DNA of 64,000 nt. It comes from Callorhinchus milii. Taxonomy: Eukaryota. Location of the stretch: the NCBI RefSeq assembly GCF_018977255.1, contig NW_024704742.1, forward strand, positions 101,620,001-101,684,000. The letters run 5' to 3'. The position numbers and the translations under genes were made by a program. This document shows, piece after piece, positions 51,832-63,065 of the stretch (position 1 is the first letter of the stretch; every line of letters starts with the position of its first letter). The notes below the pieces were generated by a model that did not search any database, was not told the DNA's origin, and worked only from the letters and a program-made list of their open reading frames with translations.

Positions 51832-51885
51832 CAACTACAAAGGCTCCTCTTTCCGAAAATGCCAAGGCATATGCTCTTCCCAAAC
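51832..51885 (-). CDS. HSD17B4: HSD17B4 exon 2, GLGRAYALAFSERGAFVV
   Basis: 54 nt, AAG acceptor, GTAAGT donor, in phase. Confidence 0.96.
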
Positions 51886-53049
51886 CTTTTTGAAGATAAA
51901 AAGTATTTCTGAATATGATAACAAAACATATCACTTTATAATAATAAAGGGCTGAATACAGTTCTGTTTCCTCCTTTACAAAATACATAAATAGTGTCCA
52001 GTTCATTTATGCAATGTAACATAAAGTTGATAAGGCAAAACAGTCTAAATAAGATAGTAATTTCATGCAAGATAATACTGATTTTAGAAATGCAGATGCA
52101 AAATATTCCTGTATCCCGCTGTGTATTTCAACACCTGGGGGCATCCTTCCAACGTGAAAGGCGCTACATAAATATAATGTGTTTTTTATTTTTTAAATGT
52201 ACATTATACAATTTAATATTTACAATGTACATTAAGCAATGTAATGCAATATTTGTAATATAGATCAGATAGTAGGGCAGCAATGACTAAAAATGTAAAT
52301 ATATGTGAATATAAATATACACATAAATAAAAGTGTAAAGAGACAGCAGGTTGACTGAGAGGACGGTATTCTTGTAAAAACATAAATAGCCGGCCATGAA
52401 ACTCAGTAACAAGAGGGACGATAGTGTTATTCAAAAACACTCTAATGTAGTAATACAGTGTTCAAAAGAAGTTTCTAGTTCACGTGCAATGCGTGTAAAT
52501 CAGATTTCAGTGAGACACTATCAATTTGCAAAATGGGTATTGTATTGTAACCTGCATTGAAATTACAACTAAAAATAGAAAAATCTGGAAAAAATACGCA
52601 AAATTAAGAAAACGTTTACCGATAACCAAGTTTCGGTTAACGTCAAATTATTTTCTCAATGTGATTGTGGTGCAAATTGGCAACATTTTTAATGTAAAAT
52701 ACATTCAGTTTTATATTTACAAAAATATAACATTGACATGAAAAAGAAAGGTCATTTGTTGTTGAACAGCGGTGTAAGATACAAAACAAGTATTACGCAA
52801 CTTCAATCACACGATACAAAACATCAACTCAAAGGTCAATCTCAGAAGGCACCTCCCCCCTACCCACTGGCATAATTTAAGATTGCAACATATAAGAGGT
52901 TCAGGCAACACTGATAAAAAAAAGTTCTGTCTCATGGACTATCTTCCAATGTACTTCCTGTTTCTATGAACGCGCTCCCAAATGTGAAGTCTATCTGAAG
53001 CTCTTCTTCTTTGATCGCGCCTTTGGTGATCTTGCCCCACCCCCTTGGT

Positions 53050-53745
53050 ATTTCGGATGAGAGGTTAAACCGAGTCTCATCTGCTTGTTCAGGTGGATGT
53101 TAAAGATCCCTTGGCATTATTCGAAAAGAGAAGGATGTTTCATACGGTGTCCTGGCCAATATTCCCCCCAAATAAAAATGGTCACTCATTACACAGCTGT
53201 TTGTGGGACACTTCTGTGTGCAAACTGGCTGCCGCATTTCACCAACAAAATACACAAGTCACTGCACTTTACACTACTATTCTGTGAAGTGTTTTGAGAT
53301 GTCTCGACAACATGATAATGAGCTGCATCAAATGCAAGAATTATTATTACCGTTTCCAAATGGAATGTTTTATTATAATAATTCTCCTTGCATTTAATAC
53401 AGCGCCTTTTCACATCGTTGAGACCTCTCAAAGCGCTTCACAGAATATACTGTAAAGTGTATTCTGTAAAGACTGTGTATTTTGTGAGAGAGAAAAAAAT
53501 AAGTAAATAGGAACCCGGTTGTTAGTCGATTGGCGGATCATTCTTCCAGGGGTAATAATTCCTTCAAAATAAAAATAATTTAGTCACTCAACCTACGACT
53601 GTCTGTGGGACATTGCTGTGCACAATTCACTGCTGCGTTTCGCCCACAAATATACAGTCAATTCACTTTACAGTCTATTCTGTGGAGCGCTTTGAGGCGT
53701 CGAGAAGACGTGATGAGGCGCTATAGCAAACGCAGGGATTATCAT
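53050..53745. mobile_element. SINE cluster in intron 1: Deu-SINE (+, ~53050-53350), SINE tail (-, ~53380-53485), long-subfamily SINE (+, ~53500-53745)
   Basis: Each part matches the other SINE copies in this window. Confidence 0.8.
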
Positions 53746-54091
53746 TGAATAAAAAACAATAAAATGTTACTGCTGTGAAGCAAAAAAAGGTTTTAGATTG
53801 AGAGCTGTTCAAATGATGATGATGATTAATAATAAACTTCCCCAAAGCAGTTGTGTTTGCTGGAGTCTTGTCGGCTCCTCTGGTGTTTACACCCCCTCCC
53901 CCCCAGGGGTCGCTGTCACCCCCACAGTGCGAGCTGCCCCCCGGCGCGCGGGCCGGGACCGCCTGCCGTCTGTTTCATGGCCACACAAATGGTCGACGAC
54001 ATCCCCCCCCCCCACCCCGCACCGCACCGCACCGCAGGGAGGCCTCGAAAACCGAACAAGGCGCCGAAAGGGACGGAGCCAAATGTCGTAC

Positions 54092-54155
54092 CTCCGCCGG
54101 CCCCGGTCACCAGCACCACCTTCCCGTCAAAGCTCACAGGAGCCATGGCTGACAT
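54092..54155 (-). CDS. HSD17B4: HSD17B4 exon 1 (coding part), MSAMAPVSFDGKVVLVTGAGG
   Basis: ATG at 54155, with an in-frame second ATG at 54146. Donor G|GTACGA. Start of the Rossmann TGxxxGxG motif. Confidence 0.93.
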
Positions 54156-54337
54156 GATCCTCTCCGCTCACGGCGCCTGCGCGGTGCCGGGCATCCTGGG
54201 ACACCTGACCGCTGAACTGACCCGCGCTGCTTCCTACACTGGTGTCATTGCCGCCGCCATCGCAGGGCCTGACTCCTCCCCCCTCCCCGCAGCAGCCGCG
54301 GACTGGCTCACTGCGCGTGTGCAGCCAGCCGGGTGGT

Positions 54338-54362
54338 GCAATGCACCCTGGGATCTGTAGTC
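54338..54362 (-). promoter_or_regulatory. ZNF143/THAP11-type (SBS with ACTACA) motif
   Basis: Minus strand GACTACAGATCCCAGGGTGCATTGC matches the ACTACAnnTCCCAnnnTGCA consensus. Confidence 0.7.
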
Positions 54363-54382
54363 ATAAGACCGGTTCAGCTCGC

Positions 54383-54410
54383 AGCCGCCATCTTGGAGGA
54401 CCACGTGACC
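54383..54410 (-). promoter_or_regulatory. YY1 motif next to an E-box (USF/TFEB-like)
   Basis: Minus strand GGTCACGTGG followed by CCAAGATGGCGGC. Confidence 0.6.
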
Positions 54411-54923
54411 CGGTGATGATGGCCCTGTCTCCCCTCCCCCCCCAACACAGTCACTACAGACACAAGGACCGATGACAAGATGCCAACCTTCATCAAATCA
54501 AATCAAATCTACAGTCACTTCACTTTGGGTCCAGCCCGTGAAGCACCCTGAGGCCAGGACACGGACAATTTCACGCCGGACGCCGGACAACAACAACAGC
54601 AACAACAACAACAACAACAAATACCATTTATACGACGCCCTTCGCGTAAGACAAAGATAACGTCTCGGAGAGCTTCACGGCGACGGGGTCGGAAGTCGAG
54701 CTGGAAAGACAGGGAGGGGGATAGAGGTGACCAAAGCCACAGTTGAAAAGTTGCCAGTGCAGAATACGGTTGCCATCCGGGCCTTTTTTTTAAACTGCTT
54801 TGACAATTGCCGATTAAAAAAAATGTCATGTGCGTTTTTTTTCAGCGAATCACCTGTTTTATGTCCTGGTTCGTGCTTTCATTCAAATCTTGGTTCTGCC
54901 CATTTGTGCATTTTTTATCCATT

Positions 54924-55220
54924 GGAGTCCTGCAGCTCTGTGGTGAGAGCACTCGCCTCGCCAGTGAGAGACCTGGGTTTGTTTCCAGGCAGAACGAAAC
55001 CTTGGGCAAGTTTCCTTACACCACACGCCTAATAATAATCCCTCAAAAAAAACAATAATAAGTTGGTCACTTCAATCCACAAATGTTTGTGGGACACTGC
55101 TGTGTGCAATTGGCTCCCACGTTTCGTCCACAGTCAATTCACTTTACAGTATATTCTGTTAAAGCGCTTTGAGACGTCTAGAAAATGTGAAAAACGCTAT
55201 ATTAAATGCAAGGATTATTA
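54924..55220 (+). mobile_element. Full-length tRNA-SINE just upstream of the promoter
   Basis: GGAGTCCTGCAGCTCTGTGG head, core and tail. Confidence 0.88.
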
Positions 55221-55252
55221 GTCAAGCACATTGAAATTTCTTTCATCTAATG

Positions 55253-55618
55253 AGGAGCCTGAATAGTTATGAATTGTATCTATTTGTACTCATTTGTATC
55301 ATTCAAGCTGCACATTAAACAATTAGTATCATTCAATACAATCGATACGATTTTTGCATGTAATAATAATCCTTGCATTTGATATAGCACCTTATTGTGT
55401 CATTGATATGTCTCAATGGACTTCACAAATATATTCAAACTGCATATTAAGCGGTTAGTATCAACTCAATCTATTCGATACAATAGATACAATTTGTACT
55501 TCTTCAATCTTCAATCAATTAAAAGTCCCTTGGTAAACTTTAATGCATAACTTGAAATAGATACAATGGATGGAACAGATACAATTTGTATCTATTCAAG
55601 CTGCACATTAAAGCTCCT
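55253..55618. mobile_element. Foldback/MITE-like element with modular inverted repeats, interrupted by a SINE tail
   Basis: Termini AGGAGC...GCTCCT. The modules TTCAAGCTGCACATTAA and AGATACAATTTGTA recur in both orientations. Confidence 0.55.
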
Positions 55619-56361
55619 TTGATTTTAATGTACCACAGTGCTATGTGATGTGCGAAGTCAGTGGCCTTTTATTTACATTTCAGAAGTGGCAACCCTAAAG
55701 TAGACACCAGAAAGTTTTACTTCCTGAGGGTAATGAATGACAAGAGGAACAGGTTGCCAGGAATGGAGGTTGCGGCCAGGATACTGGACTCATTTAATAA
55801 GCAACTTGATGCTGTGGTAGGAGGATGATATGGTGGATGTTCTGAAGGAAATAAATCTTGTGATATTTTTAATGAGGTGCAATATCAAATGCAAGAATTA
55901 TTATTATTATGTTATTACAGTTTAAGCTCACCTCTGTAGAGGTATTTTCTAAATGGTTTTCAGTGATTGGTCAGCCAAACTAATAACACTGCCACGTTAC
56001 AGAATGTTACTTTTCTTAGTATGTTTAAACTTAATAGAATAGCTACTTTTTGCAGGAGGTTGATATTTTGCATTAATAGAAGTCACTAAAACAAAAAGAA
56101 ATCAGACTGAATGAAATAATTCTACTGAAACTAAATGCTTTATCACTTGCAAAATCTTGGTTTGGAGCCTTCAATAATAAATGAGCAATAAATGATTATA
56201 AGGAATTTGCAATTTGTTTATTCATGTTATTATAATAATACTATAATATATAATAATAATATTATATTATTACATTATTATTCATGTTATTCTAAATAAG
56301 TAGAACTTATTAAGTATAAATTTGTAAAGGTAAAAATAATACTTATGTTAATGATCATAGG

Positions 56362-56852
56362 TCTCAGCCTTGCTCGGTTGGGAGCACACTCGCCTCTGAG
56401 TCAATAACAACAACTTGCACTTATACAGTGCCCTCCATGTAGGGTAGCGTCTCAGAGCGCTTAGCATATCTATATTTATCGATAGATAACGCTTAAGAGT
56501 CAGAATGTTGTGAGTTCAAGCTCCAATGGGTCTTTGAACTCAGTCTTGGCTGACAACTCAATGCAGTGTTGGTGGTGCCGACTTTCAAATTATATCCCAT
56601 TGTGTAGATATTAAAGATCCTAAGGCACCACTTGAAAAGAAGAAAGAGTTGTTCCCGGTGTCCTGGCCAATAATCCTCCAGATAAAATTGGTCATTCGCT
56701 TCATAGCTGTTTACAGGACATTGCTGAACACAATTTGGCTACTGTGGTTGCCTAAAAATACATAGTGATAACTCTTTATGGGAAAATCCTTTGAAGGAAT
56801 TTGAGCTGTTTCAATAACATGATAAGGCACCATATCAAATGCAAGGACTATT
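56362..56852 (+). mobile_element. Old Deu-domain SINE with an antisense L2-tail insertion (~56404-56462)
   Basis: Head GGTTGGGAGCACACTCGCCTCTGAGTCA resumes at GAGTCAGAATGTTGTGAGTTCAAG; core and tail are present. Confidence 0.7.
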
Positions 56853-57766
56853 AAAACAATTTTGGTATCTTTCATTGAAAAGGTACAGTAGTTCCTTTTC
56901 GTGTTTTACCTCTAGAGGGTGCTATTGTCTTATATTTTCTGTTATTTGTGTTTTTACATTTTTTTCTGATTAATCTGTTTTTACATCTTTTTTCCAGTTT
57001 AAATTTTTGCCTTTATAATATTTCATACTATTTAATATTCATTGAATATTGTAGTTTTCTTGGTCTTTAAAGTTGTGTCGAACAGGATGTAAAACATTCA
57101 AACAAATCGTATTGTGATTTGCTGCAATCACTATATTTTGTGTTTCTGTCAGAGAATCAAACTATGTAATATGTGTCTCTGGCAACTCAAGAAGCAAATT
57201 GTATCTAGAGGATAATGGTAATTTAGTCTTCAATGAAAATAATTCCAACAAATTGAGTATTTTCATAAAAATAAGATTTAAATTGTAAGTCAAAATTACC
57301 ACTGGTTTTCTTTACTCACCACAGACCCTATAAGTATCACAAGAAATCTAATTATACAATTAATCAGGTTGCTATGATAGAAGTGCAGTTTCTGAAATGC
57401 TGATACTGAAATTCATTGCTGCTGAGCAGCTTTTAAAATTAAATCTTCTAGCTGGCATTATTACAGCATTAAACACAAGAGTTAAAATTTGCCAAAATGT
57501 ATGATTTTAATGATTCGTTGGATAATTCTTTACTTGCAATTGTGGTCGTCAATGGGTGGGTCCCTTAAGCCTTGCACGTCACTGATTTAGAACAGAAGGG
57601 AAGGTACTCAAACAAATAAGAACAAGAACATAATAATTTGCTAGGCGAAAGAAGACCAAGGTCCATCTAGTTAGTCTTCCCTTCCACCATCTTGTCAGTT
57701 GCTTGTCATGCCATGTCCCAACCTATATAAACTACAAGGTCAGATCATCATACTTGGACAGGAGAG

Positions 57767-58025
57767 CAGTGGTGTAACAAGGACACAGGGGGTCCCTGGT
57801 GCAAGAATAGATTAGGGGCTCCTTCCCATTACTTCCCGGTATTTTTGCTTATAGGTAAGTATTTCCGAAATGGCTCACACATATTTTTCTGGGGGATGAA
57901 GGGGGGGTTGTGGGCAAAGTTATGTTTCTCCTCTCACAACATTCTGCCACCGATGGGTTGTGCTCCCATAACTTTGTGGGCTCTGGCATGACTGCACTAT
58001 TTGTACCATTGCAGTTATTCCACTG
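57767..58025. mobile_element. hAT-superfamily MITE with a perfect 8-bp TSD
   Basis: TIRs CAGTGGTGTAAC / GTTATTCCACTG. TSD CAGGAGAG at 57759-57766 and 58026-58033. Confidence 0.85.
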
Positions 58026-59893
58026 CAGGAGAGAACAGCAACTTCCATTTATATAATGACCCTTACATAGAATATCATCTCAGGGGTGGGAGGAGAATGT
58101 GAGGTGCCAGGGAGTGAAGGGATTTGTAGGTGAACAATTTATTAATAAGCTACAAATGACTGTGTGTGGGAGGCTATCAGAATTGTGTCAAATGACTGGT
58201 GGGGCAGGGTGTGGATGAAACAAAGCCACGTAATCTATAGTCAGCACAGGTTTGAGTCACTATTAACTTAAAAGGTTTCGCAACAGGATCCTTCCAGGTA
58301 TATCCACTGTCCCAGTCATTAATCAGTATGGTTTAGCATAGTCACATCAGAACCATTTTAAGGCTCATTGCAAATTGTACAGTATAGAAACATTGCAGAA
58401 AGCACACAATTGAATGTATTCATATTGACAGAAAATGAAGTACAACCCAAGAAAGGTTTTTGTTTCTGAATGTACCATCAAAGAATAATTATGCCATCAG
58501 CAGTCAATATACTTTAGTTTTGAATTAACAGTCAATCCCTGTATGATTAAAAGGCTCACACTATTTGAGAACTGAGACACTGAGAACTGAGTCTGAGACA
58601 GCTCTCAGACAATCTCAGCCACCCTCTAACAGGCCAAAAACATCACATAGACATGAAATGTTGACTCGTTTTCCTCTCTCCATGGACGCTGCCTGACTTG
58701 CTGCGTGCTCCCAGTGACTTCTGTGTTTACATTAGTACAAGGAAGATTATCCCCACATTGTAGTACATTCCTTTAATAAAATAAGTATACAAATTTCAAG
58801 TACCACAGATTGACTAAATGTAATATATTCATATAAACCACAACCAAAGGCTACTGCATCCATCGTTTTAATGAGGCAGATACATCGGGATTATCTTCAG
58901 CAAAGATTCCCTTGCAATGTGCACAGAAACAGCAAAGCTCAGAATGTTTGGACTCTTCTTACAACTCACCTGTCCACCTTCCGGCTTTTACACAGCATAG
59001 ATTTGCTGAGAGAACTGCCTGACTTAAATTTCCTTGTGGGTTGGTATTTTGTAAAGATCAGATAAAACAGATCATAACGCCTTCTTTGACCTACCACCTC
59101 ACATGATCTTGTTGCATCATGCCAGTACACTTACCTTATTAACATTAATGGATGCAGGGTTGGCCCTCCTTAAAACTCCCAAATGAGAAAGGTGAAGAGA
59201 AAAACCCATAACAAACACACTCACAGAAAGGACTATCCTACAGGTACGTACAATCCTTCATTGTACTTAGCCATACATTTTAGTTACCCTTAAAAATGCT
59301 GAATTCAAAGAGAATATTATTTTAACAATTTGAGTGGGGGAGAGGGAAAGAAAGATAATCATTCTCATCATGATGTACCACATATGCACCCTAACATTTT
59401 CAATGAACACTTACCCTATGCAAAATCCAGTGTATGTGAAGATATTCTAGACCCTGAAGTGTCATCAACATATATGCTTTTATGTTAGCAGGTGACAGCA
59501 CAAGGCTGGTATCTTTTATTATTACCTGTATTTATTAAAAGAAATCAAACAATTTAATATCACAAGGTACAACAATGCTATGTCTGAAATATTGTAACAG
59601 TCCAGGTTCTGCTAAGCTTACCTCTAAATCTGTTTCCATAAAGTCAAACACGAGGCTGATGTTGGATTTATGGCCAAATGCATCAAGAAGCTAATGGGGA
59701 AAAAAAAACATTGAAAATGTTACACCTCCCCTTTCTTCGGTGTCAAACTACACCTGTGTTCAGCACTCTGAGACGCTGCCCACCCATGTGAAGGGCACTA
59801 AATAAACACTATATATTTGTTCCCATTTCCAATGGATGTCATGTCTCCAAAAGATATACTACATGGATTTCTTTATATCCTTGCCCATTAACT

Positions 59894-60128
59894 GGAGTGC
59901 TGTAGCTCAGTGGTTAGAGCACTCGCCTCACAAGTGAGAGGACCTGGGTTTGATTCCCAGCAGGGTGAAACGTTGGGCAAGTTTCCTTACTCCACACGCC
60001 TCTGTTTACATAACAATATGTAGGAACCCGGTTGTTAGTTGATTGGTGGATCACTTATCCGGGGGTAATGAACCCTTCAAAAAAAATAATAATAATTCGG
60101 TCACTCAATCCACAGCTGTTTGTGGGAA
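59894..60128 (+). mobile_element. tRNA-SINE, long subfamily, 3'-truncated
   Basis: Head, then an extra internal segment (CTCTGTTTAC...GGAACCCGGTTGTTAG...GGATCAC), breaking off at TGTTTGTGGGA. Confidence 0.85.
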
Positions 60129-60171
60129 CAAGTGAGGTTCTGTGAGATAAGTGGAGTCCTGTGAGATAAGT

Positions 60172-60491
60172 GGAGTCCTGTAGCTCAGTGGTTAGAGCAC
60201 TCGCTTTGCAAGCGAGAGACCTGAGTTCAATTCCAGGCAGAGGGCGAAACCTTGGGCAAGTTTCCTTACTCCACACGCCTAATAATAATCCCTCCAAAAC
60301 CAAAAACAATAATAAATTGGTCATTTTCAATCTACGACTGTTTGTGGGACATTGCTGTGCGCAATTGGCTGCCGCGTTCGCCCACAAATATACAGTCAAT
60401 TCACTTTACAGTGTGTTCTGTGAAGCGCTTTGGGACGTTCTCCCGACGTGAAAAGCGCTATATCAAATGCAAGGATTATTATTATTATTAT
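60172..60491 (+). mobile_element. Full-length young tRNA-SINE (short subfamily)
   Basis: Near-identical to 14784-15111, with CpGs retained. Confidence 0.93.
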
Positions 60492-61159
60492 ATCACTGCA
60501 TTACTCCAGGAACTGATGTAACAAACCTTTAATACAGCTCAGTGCTGAACCCCATTGTCTGCAGAATGTATAATTTGGAATATTAAATCAGAGACTTTGC
60601 TTTGTGTATAGATCAACTCTGCAATGTTCTTCAGTATGTTTCATCTCTAATGTTATCAAGTTATCATAGAATCATAATGTTTAACGTAATAATTTGCTAC
60701 ATGCTGCATTATACAGACTGGAGGCGCCAGTGATATTTCTGAATGAAGCTAGAAATGATGCAGGATGAGACAGGTGAACAACATGGTGGCAAAGGTGCTG
60801 AGGCTTCATACATCAGATGTCAGATCACAGAAGATGATTTTTCTCCAATAACCTACAACAGTGTTTTTGCACATCTCATGCAATCAAACCGATATTCCAA
60901 TTGGGCATGACTGCATTCTTTGATTTCATCCACTTTGTACAAAAATAAGAACATGAAAACAAGCTAATATACATATACTCCTTTTGTCCTTTTTGCTCCT
61001 GGATTCCAATGAATACTTGCTGGTCTTGGTTTGTGTATGTGAATGTCGACTGAGCTACCACATGCATCCCTTGTAGTCATGGTCTTGTCAATGAAGGGTT
61101 CGGGACCCACCTTTGACCCTAAAGTTGATGTGAATCTATCCGGACCAATTACCCAGACC

Positions 61160-61520
61160 AACCTCCATCCCAACATCTCACCAGTTCTGACCAGGCTCCA
61201 CTGGCTCCCATCACCGAACGGATCGACTTCAAGATCCTCACACTCGTATTCAAATCCCTTCACTTTCTGGCAGCTCCCTACCTCTCCGGCCCCTTCACTC
61301 CCCAATCCACCACCCAGCGCCTCCACTCAACTGGCACTGGCCTCTTGCTTGTCCCTCGCACCGTCCGACCCACCATTGGAGGTTGGTCTTTCAGCCACTA
61401 TGCCCCAAAACTCTGGAACACTCTCCATCAATCCCTCTCTGCCTTATGCCTTCTCTCCCCTTTTTCAAGTCCTGCCTGAAAACCTTCCTCTTGGACCGTG
61501 CTTATGGCCACCTACCTAAG
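61160..61520 (+). mobile_element. Older L2 3' fragment
   Basis: ISPVLTRLHWLP motif and a pyrimidine-rich 3' region. Confidence 0.7.
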
Positions 61521-61529
61521 TGCAAGTTA

Positions 61530-62115
61530 TCATAGAATCATAGAATTATACAGCACACAAGGAGGCCATTTGGCCCATCGTGTCTGTGCCAGCTCTTTGA
61601 AAAGAGCTATCCAATTCAATACCATTCCCCTGCTCTCTCCCCATAGCCCTGCAAACTTGTCCTCCCCAAATAATTATCTACTTCTCTCTTAAAAGCCGTT
61701 ATCGAATCGGCTTCCACCACCCTTTCGGGCAATGCATTCCAGATCCGAACAACTTGCTGTGTAAAAAAATTTCTCCTCACCTCCCCTCTGTTTCTTTTGT
61801 CAACCATTTTAAACCCTTGGGTTACCGACCCACCCGCCAGTGGAAATAGTTTCTCCTTGTTCACCCTATCGAATCCCCTCATAATTTTGAAAACTTTTAT
61901 TAAGTCTCCTCTTAATCTTCTCTGCTCCAAGGAGAATAATCCTAGCTTCTCTAGTCTCTCCTGATAACTGAAGTCCCTCATTCCTGGTAGCATCCTGGTA
62001 AATCTCTTTTGCACCCTCTCCAATACCTTGACATCCTTCCTAAAGTGTGGTGCCCAGAACTGAACAGAGTACTCTAGCTGAGGCTTAACCAATGTTTTAT
62101 AAAGGTTCATCATAA
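61530..62115 (-). mobile_element. 5'-truncated CR1-clade LINE
   Basis: LYKTLVKPQLEYSVQFWAPHFRKDV...RRLRGDLIKVFKIM, ending in a (CATAGAAT)2 end. Confidence 0.92.
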
Positions 62116-62409
62116 GTTGTTGCTGCTGCTGTAAATGACCAGATTCTTCCTGTACCAGAGATTTCCACTCAAGAACCATAAACTGAGCGGTTTACAATCA
62201 CCAGGAGAGTGCTGGCAGAGATTTGTATGGCAAGTATTAGTATCTTATGGGATGAACAAAGGGAGATATCAATAAATTGAGGACAACAGTGGAATCCATT
62301 GTAACAATGCGACTGTTCATTATCCTTTTGGTATCATTGGTTTGCCTGAGAACACAACTTTTATCTTGAAAATTGGTCTTGAATCGCTCTAAAATAAGGA
62401 TGTAACTTC

Positions 62410-62560
62410 ATAAAATCATAGAATTATACAGTACAGAAGGAGGCCATTCAGCCCACCTTGTCTGTGCCAGCTTTTTGAAAAATGCCATCCAATTCAATCC
62501 CACTCCCCCGCTCTCTCCCCATAGTCCTGTAAACTTGCCCTTCCCAAATAATTATCTAAT
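62410..62560 (-). mobile_element. CR1 3' end fragment
   Basis: Same 3' terminus as the copy at 61530. Confidence 0.8.
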
Positions 62561-62777
62561 TAAGTTGTCACGAATGGAATCCAAATCACACCCAATGGAC
62601 TCCGAGTTCCAGACATTAAATACTGTATATCTAATGATGTTGCCACAATAGCATGGCAGGAAACCTCCAGCTGGTTAATGGAGACTTTTGTGTAATAAGA
62701 TTATGCATTCCACTTGCAATTTCCTCACTTACATTAGTCATAGGATCGATCACGTTTTACAATTACACTGCTAGAAA

Positions 62778-63065
62778 ATAATAATACTTTCATTTCATAT
62801 GGCACCTTAGTTTATTGTGGAAAAGTCTTAACGCATTTCACAGGATTTACTGTAAATTCTAGTGACTGTATATTTTATAGATGAACACAGGAGACAATTT
62901 GCACCCTGAATGTCCGACAAACTACCACAAAGCAAATCATCAATTTTATCTGCAAAATGTTTGACCAGGACACCAGGTAAACTCCCTTCTCTTTTTCAAA
63001 TAGTGCCATAAGATCTTTAACATTCACTTGAACGGGCAAATGGCTGCTTTGAAGCCTCAAATGAG
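62778..63065 (-). mobile_element. Old Deu-domain SINE fragment
   Basis: Reverse complement of the AAAGATC..ATGGCACTATTTGAAAAAGAG core and tail. Confidence 0.65.

Larger units (their letters stand above)
7634..54155 (-). other. HSD17B4: HSD17B4 gene span, start codon to stop codon (24 coding exons, 742 aa from the first ATG): peroxisomal multifunctional enzyme type 2
   Basis: Spliced translation is continuous in frame (exon lengths sum to 2229 nt). It contains the SDR motifs TGAGGGLG, NNAG and YSAAK, the hydratase-2 motif [13 protein letters not shown], an SCP2-like C-terminus and the terminal PTS1 AKL. Exon sizes match the recalled vertebrate 24-exon structure. Confidence 0.98.
53880..54720. 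promoter_or_regulatory. CpG island / promoter of HSD17B4
   Basis: Sharp rise in GC content and CpG density around exon 1 against an AT-rich, CpG-poor background. Boundaries are approximate. Confidence 0.85.

Noticed and set aside
53798..54475. Plus-strand ORFs of 77-169 aa over exon 1
   Set aside because: Expected in a GC-rich, stop-poor CpG island antisense to HSD17B4. No recognisable protein.
56218..56291. AT-rich stretch flanked by the direct repeat TTATTCATGTTATT
   Set aside because: Low-complexity sequence, adequately explained by slippage.
60172..60246. tRNA-Ala(TGC)-like gene (also at 14784; CAC-loop variants at 35602 and 59894)
   Set aside because: A and B boxes and an anticodon arm are present, but the acceptor stem is poor and the sequence continues into a SINE body and tail. 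These are SINE heads, not tRNA genes.
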